From Pseudomonadota bacterium (GTDB lineage: Bacteria; Pseudomonadota; Gammaproteobacteria; Steroidobacterales; GCA-2729495), in assembly GCA_963204745.1 (NCBI GenBank), contig CAUJHF010000052.1:1679-65678 (forward strand): a stretch of DNA of 64,000 nucleotides, read 5' to 3'. Positions within the stretch are counted from its first letter, which is position 1. Each line of letters starts with the position of its first letter. The position numbers and the translations under genes were made by a program. The notes below the pieces were generated by a model. The model did not search any database. It was not told the origin of the DNA and saw only the letters and a program-made list of their open reading frames with translations. This document shows, one piece after another, positions 59,409-64,000 of this stretch.

Positions 59409-60941
59409 ATGCAATCCGTTCTCCAGCAACTGCAAGACAAGCGCGCTTTGGCCAAGCTCGGTGGAGGCCAGCAACGCATAGATGCCCAGCATGCCAAAGG
59501 CAAGCTGAGCGCCCGCGAGCGCATCGACCTCTTGCTCGACGAGGGCAGCTTCGAGGAATGGGACATGTTCGTCGAGCATCGCTGTGCTGATTTCGGCATG
59601 GCCGAGCAGAAGATCGTCGGCGACGGTGTAGTCATCGGCTACGGCACGATCAATGGCCGGCTGGTCTTCGTTTTCAGCCAGGACTTCACGGTTTTTGGCG
59701 GCTCGCTGTCCGAAGCGCATGCCGAGAAAATCTGCAAGGTGATGGACCAGGCGATGAAGGTCGGCGCACCGGTGATTGGCCTCAACGACTCCGGCGGCGC
59801 ACGCATCCAGGAAGGGGTAGCCTCGCTCGGCGGCTATGCGGAAGTCTTTCAGCGCAACATGCTGGCCTCGGGTGTGATTCCGCAGATCTCGCTGATCATG
59901 GGGCCCTGCGCCGGCGGTGCGGTCTATTCGCCGGCCATTACCGACTTCGTGTTCATGGTGAAGGACAGCGCCTACATGTTCGTCACCGGCCCGGATGTGG
60001 TGAAGACGGTAACCCATGAGGAAGTCACGGCCGAGCAGCTCGGTGGCGCCATCACCCACAGTTCGCGTTCCGGCGTATCCGATCTGGCGCTTGAAAACGA
60101 TGTTGAAATGCTGCTGAACACGCGGCGTTTCTTCAATTTTCTGCCGGCCAACAACCGCGAGAAGCCGCCGGTCTGGCCCTGCGAGGATCCGCCGACCCGC
60201 GAAGAAATATCGCTCGACAGTCTCGTGCCGGAAGATCCCGCCAAGCCTTACGACATCAAGGAGCTGATCGTCAAGCTGGCCGACGAAGGCGATTTCTTCG
60301 AGCTGCAGCCGGAGTATGCGAAGAACATCGTCATCGGCTTTATCCGCATGGAAGGCTCGACAGTCGGCGTGGTTGCGAACCAGCCGATGGTGCTGGCCGG
60401 CTGCCTGGATATCAGTTCGTCGACCAAGGGCGCACGCTTCGTGCGCTTCTGCGATGCTTTCAATATCCCGATCCTGACGCTCGTCGACGTACCGGGCTTC
60501 ATGCCGGGCACCGCACAGGAATATGGCGGCATCATCAAGCACGGCGCCAAGCTCCTGTATGCCTACGCCGAAGCCACCGTACCCAAGATCACGCTGATCA
60601 CGCGCAAGGCCTATGGTGGTGCCTATGACGTGATGGCCTCGAAGCATTTGCGCGGCGATGTCAACCTCGCATGGCCCAGCGCCGAGATCGCGGTGATGGG
60701 CCCGAAAGGCGCGGTAGAGATCATTTTCCGCAAGGATATCGGCGACCCGGCCGCAATCGCCGCGCGCACAGAAGAATACCGGCAGAAATTTGCCAATCCC
60801 TTCATCGCTGGCAGCCGTGGCTATATCGACGACGTGATCATGCCGCACCGGACGCGCGCACGGATCTGCCGCTCCCTGTCGATGCTGCGCGACAAACAGC
60901 TCGACAACCCGTGGCGCAAGCACGGCAACATCCCGCTCTGA
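59409..60941 (+). CDS. pccB: Propionyl-CoA carboxylase beta subunit (carboxyltransferase)
   Basis: ...[33 protein letters not shown]..., ...[14 protein letters not shown]... and ...AYGGAYDVM.... 510 aa. Confidence 0.9.
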   Translation: MQSVLQQLQDKRALAKLGGGQQRIDAQHAKGKLSARERIDLLLDEGSFEEWDMFVEHRCADFGMAEQKIVGDGVVIGYGTINGRLVFVFSQDFTVFGGSLSEAHAEKICKVMDQAMKVGAPVIGLNDSGGARIQEGVASLGGYAEVFQRNMLASGVIPQISLIMGPCAGGAVYSPAITDFVFMVKDSAYMFVTGPDVVKTVTHEEVTAEQLGGAITHSSRSGVSDLALENDVEMLLNTRRFFNFLPANNREKPPVWPCEDPPTREEISLDSLVPEDPAKPYDIKELIVKLADEGDFFELQPEYAKNIVIGFIRMEGSTVGVVANQPMVLAGCLDISSSTKGARFVRFCDAFNIPILTLVDVPGFMPGTAQEYGGIIKHGAKLLYAYAEATVPKITLITRKAYGGAYDVMASKHLRGDVNLAWPSAEIAVMGPKGAVEIIFRKDIGDPAAIAARTEEYRQKFANPFIAGSRGYIDDVIMPHRTRARICRSLSMLRDKQLDNPWRKHGNIPL

Positions 60942-60969
60942 ACAAGTCCATTACGGTTTTCAGCCAATC

Positions 60970-62955
<1,986 letters not shown>

Positions 62956-62966
62956 GGCCGACGGCA

Positions 62967-63986
62967 ATGCCGGCTCCGACTTCGGCCAACGATTCGACAC
63001 GGAACCCGGAACAGCTGGCGGCCACTCTGCGCGCTGGCGACCGGCGTGCACTCGGCCGGGCGATCACACTGGTTGAATCCAGCCGTGCCGACGACCGGGA
63101 ACCCGCCAACCGGCTGCTCGAAATCCTGACGCCACTGGCCGGCAAGTCGATCCGCATCGGTATCTCCGGCGTACCGGGCGTCGGCAAGTCCACGTTTATC
63201 GAGAGCTTCGGCAATCACCTCATCGACCAGGGCCGCAAGGTTGCCGTACTCGCCGTCGATCCATCTTCCGCTCTGTCGGGTGGCTCGATACTCGGCGACA
63301 AGACGCGTATGGAAACCCTGTCCCGGCGCGTTGAGGCTTTCATTCGCCCTTCGCCCGCCGGCAGCACGCTTGGCGGCGTCACACGCCATACGCGCGAAAC
63401 CATCCTGCTCGTCGAGGCTGCCGGCTTCGACGTCGTGATCGTCGAGACGGTCGGCGTCGGCCAGTCCGAAACTGCCGTTGCCGACATGACCGACCTCTTT
63501 CTGCTGCTGCTGCTCCCCGGCGGCGGTGACGAACTGCAGGGCATCAAGCGCGGCATCGTCGAACTCGCCGATCTCATCGTGGTCAACAAGGCTGATGGCG
63601 AGCTTGCGGCCGCAGCAGAGCGTTCGGCTGCTGATTACCGCAATGCGCTCCGCTTCCTGCGCCCGCGTTCAGTACGCTGGGAGGTGCCGGTCGAAACCTG
63701 CTCGGCACTCGAAGGCCGGGGCATCGACCGGATCTGGGCGCTGGTCGAAAAGTACCGGGATACGATGCAGGCCAGCGGTGATTTCACCGCTGCGCGGGCC
63801 AGCCAGGCGCGGCGCTGGCTGTGGAGTGAAACAGCAGAGAGCCTGCTCGCCCTGCTCCGCGAAGATCCGGCGGCGGCCGCGCGCATGCAGACGCTTGAAC
63901 AGGCGGTCGCGGCCGGCAAACTGTCGCCGCGCGTCGCGGCACAGGAACTGGTACAGAACTTCTGGAAGGACGGCCAGCTGAAATGA
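62967..63986 (+). CDS. meaB: Methylmalonyl-CoA mutase-associated G3E GTPase MeaB/ArgK
   Basis: P-loop GISGVPGVGKST. ...VETVGVGQSE.... ...NKAD.... 339 aa. Confidence 0.9.
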   Translation: MPAPTSANDSTRNPEQLAATLRAGDRRALGRAITLVESSRADDREPANRLLEILTPLAGKSIRIGISGVPGVGKSTFIESFGNHLIDQGRKVAVLAVDPSSALSGGSILGDKTRMETLSRRVEAFIRPSPAGSTLGGVTRHTRETILLVEAAGFDVVIVETVGVGQSETAVADMTDLFLLLLLPGGGDELQGIKRGIVELADLIVVNKADGELAAAAERSAADYRNALRFLRPRSVRWEVPVETCSALEGRGIDRIWALVEKYRDTMQASGDFTAARASQARRWLWSETAESLLALLREDPAAAARMQTLEQAVAAGKLSPRVAAQELVQNFWKDGQLK

Positions 63987-64000
63987 TCGGACGACTCAAC

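Overview
High-GC chromosomal segment (mid-60s % by eye, not computed), almost certainly gammaproteobacterial. The species cannot be named from sequence alone. I call 55 protein-coding genes, 2 tRNAs (Thr-CGU, Pro-CGG), five rho-independent terminators and a few candidate regulatory sites. I saw no rRNA, CRISPR array, transposase, integrase or phage genes. The block 19.1-36.7 kb follows the gene order I recall from Pseudomonas aeruginosa: fimT-fimU-pilV-pilW-pilX-pilY1-pilE, then lspA-ileS-ribF-murJ, rpsT, obg-rpmA-rplU, ispB and a tRNA. It differs in four ways: an extra secreted ORF sits between pilX and pilY1, pilY2/ispH/fkpB/proB are absent, an S1/P1 nuclease lies between rplU and ispB, and S20 carries a Lys/Ala-rich tail. 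Other content, left to right: a type-B carboxylesterase cut by the left edge and missing from the ORF track, ygiQ, a P-type ATPase, an M1 aminopeptidase, an OmpR/HK pair, a Fur-family regulator, an OmpA-TSP3 protein, and a TonB-dependent receptor operon. These are followed by a degenerate-GGDEF/EAL protein, nadA-nadB, aceE, an Ntn-hydrolase acylase and a citE-like/mcm/pccB/pccA/meaB propionyl-CoA operon. The accessory-looking content is five secreted proteins in two loci that share a VPVPAA..W.LFGS.LGLLG..RRR C-terminal sorting signal (PEP-CTERM/VPLPA-CTERM-like), with no exosortase in the window. I did not find a convincing new multi-gene system. The best leads are the unassigned ORF inside the minor-pilin operon, the FimT paralogues (one with a GRxR DNA-binding-type motif), the CTERM protein families with their leaders, and a 545-aa hypothetical with a GNAT-like core. 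All functional calls rest on motif recognition by eye; no searches were run.
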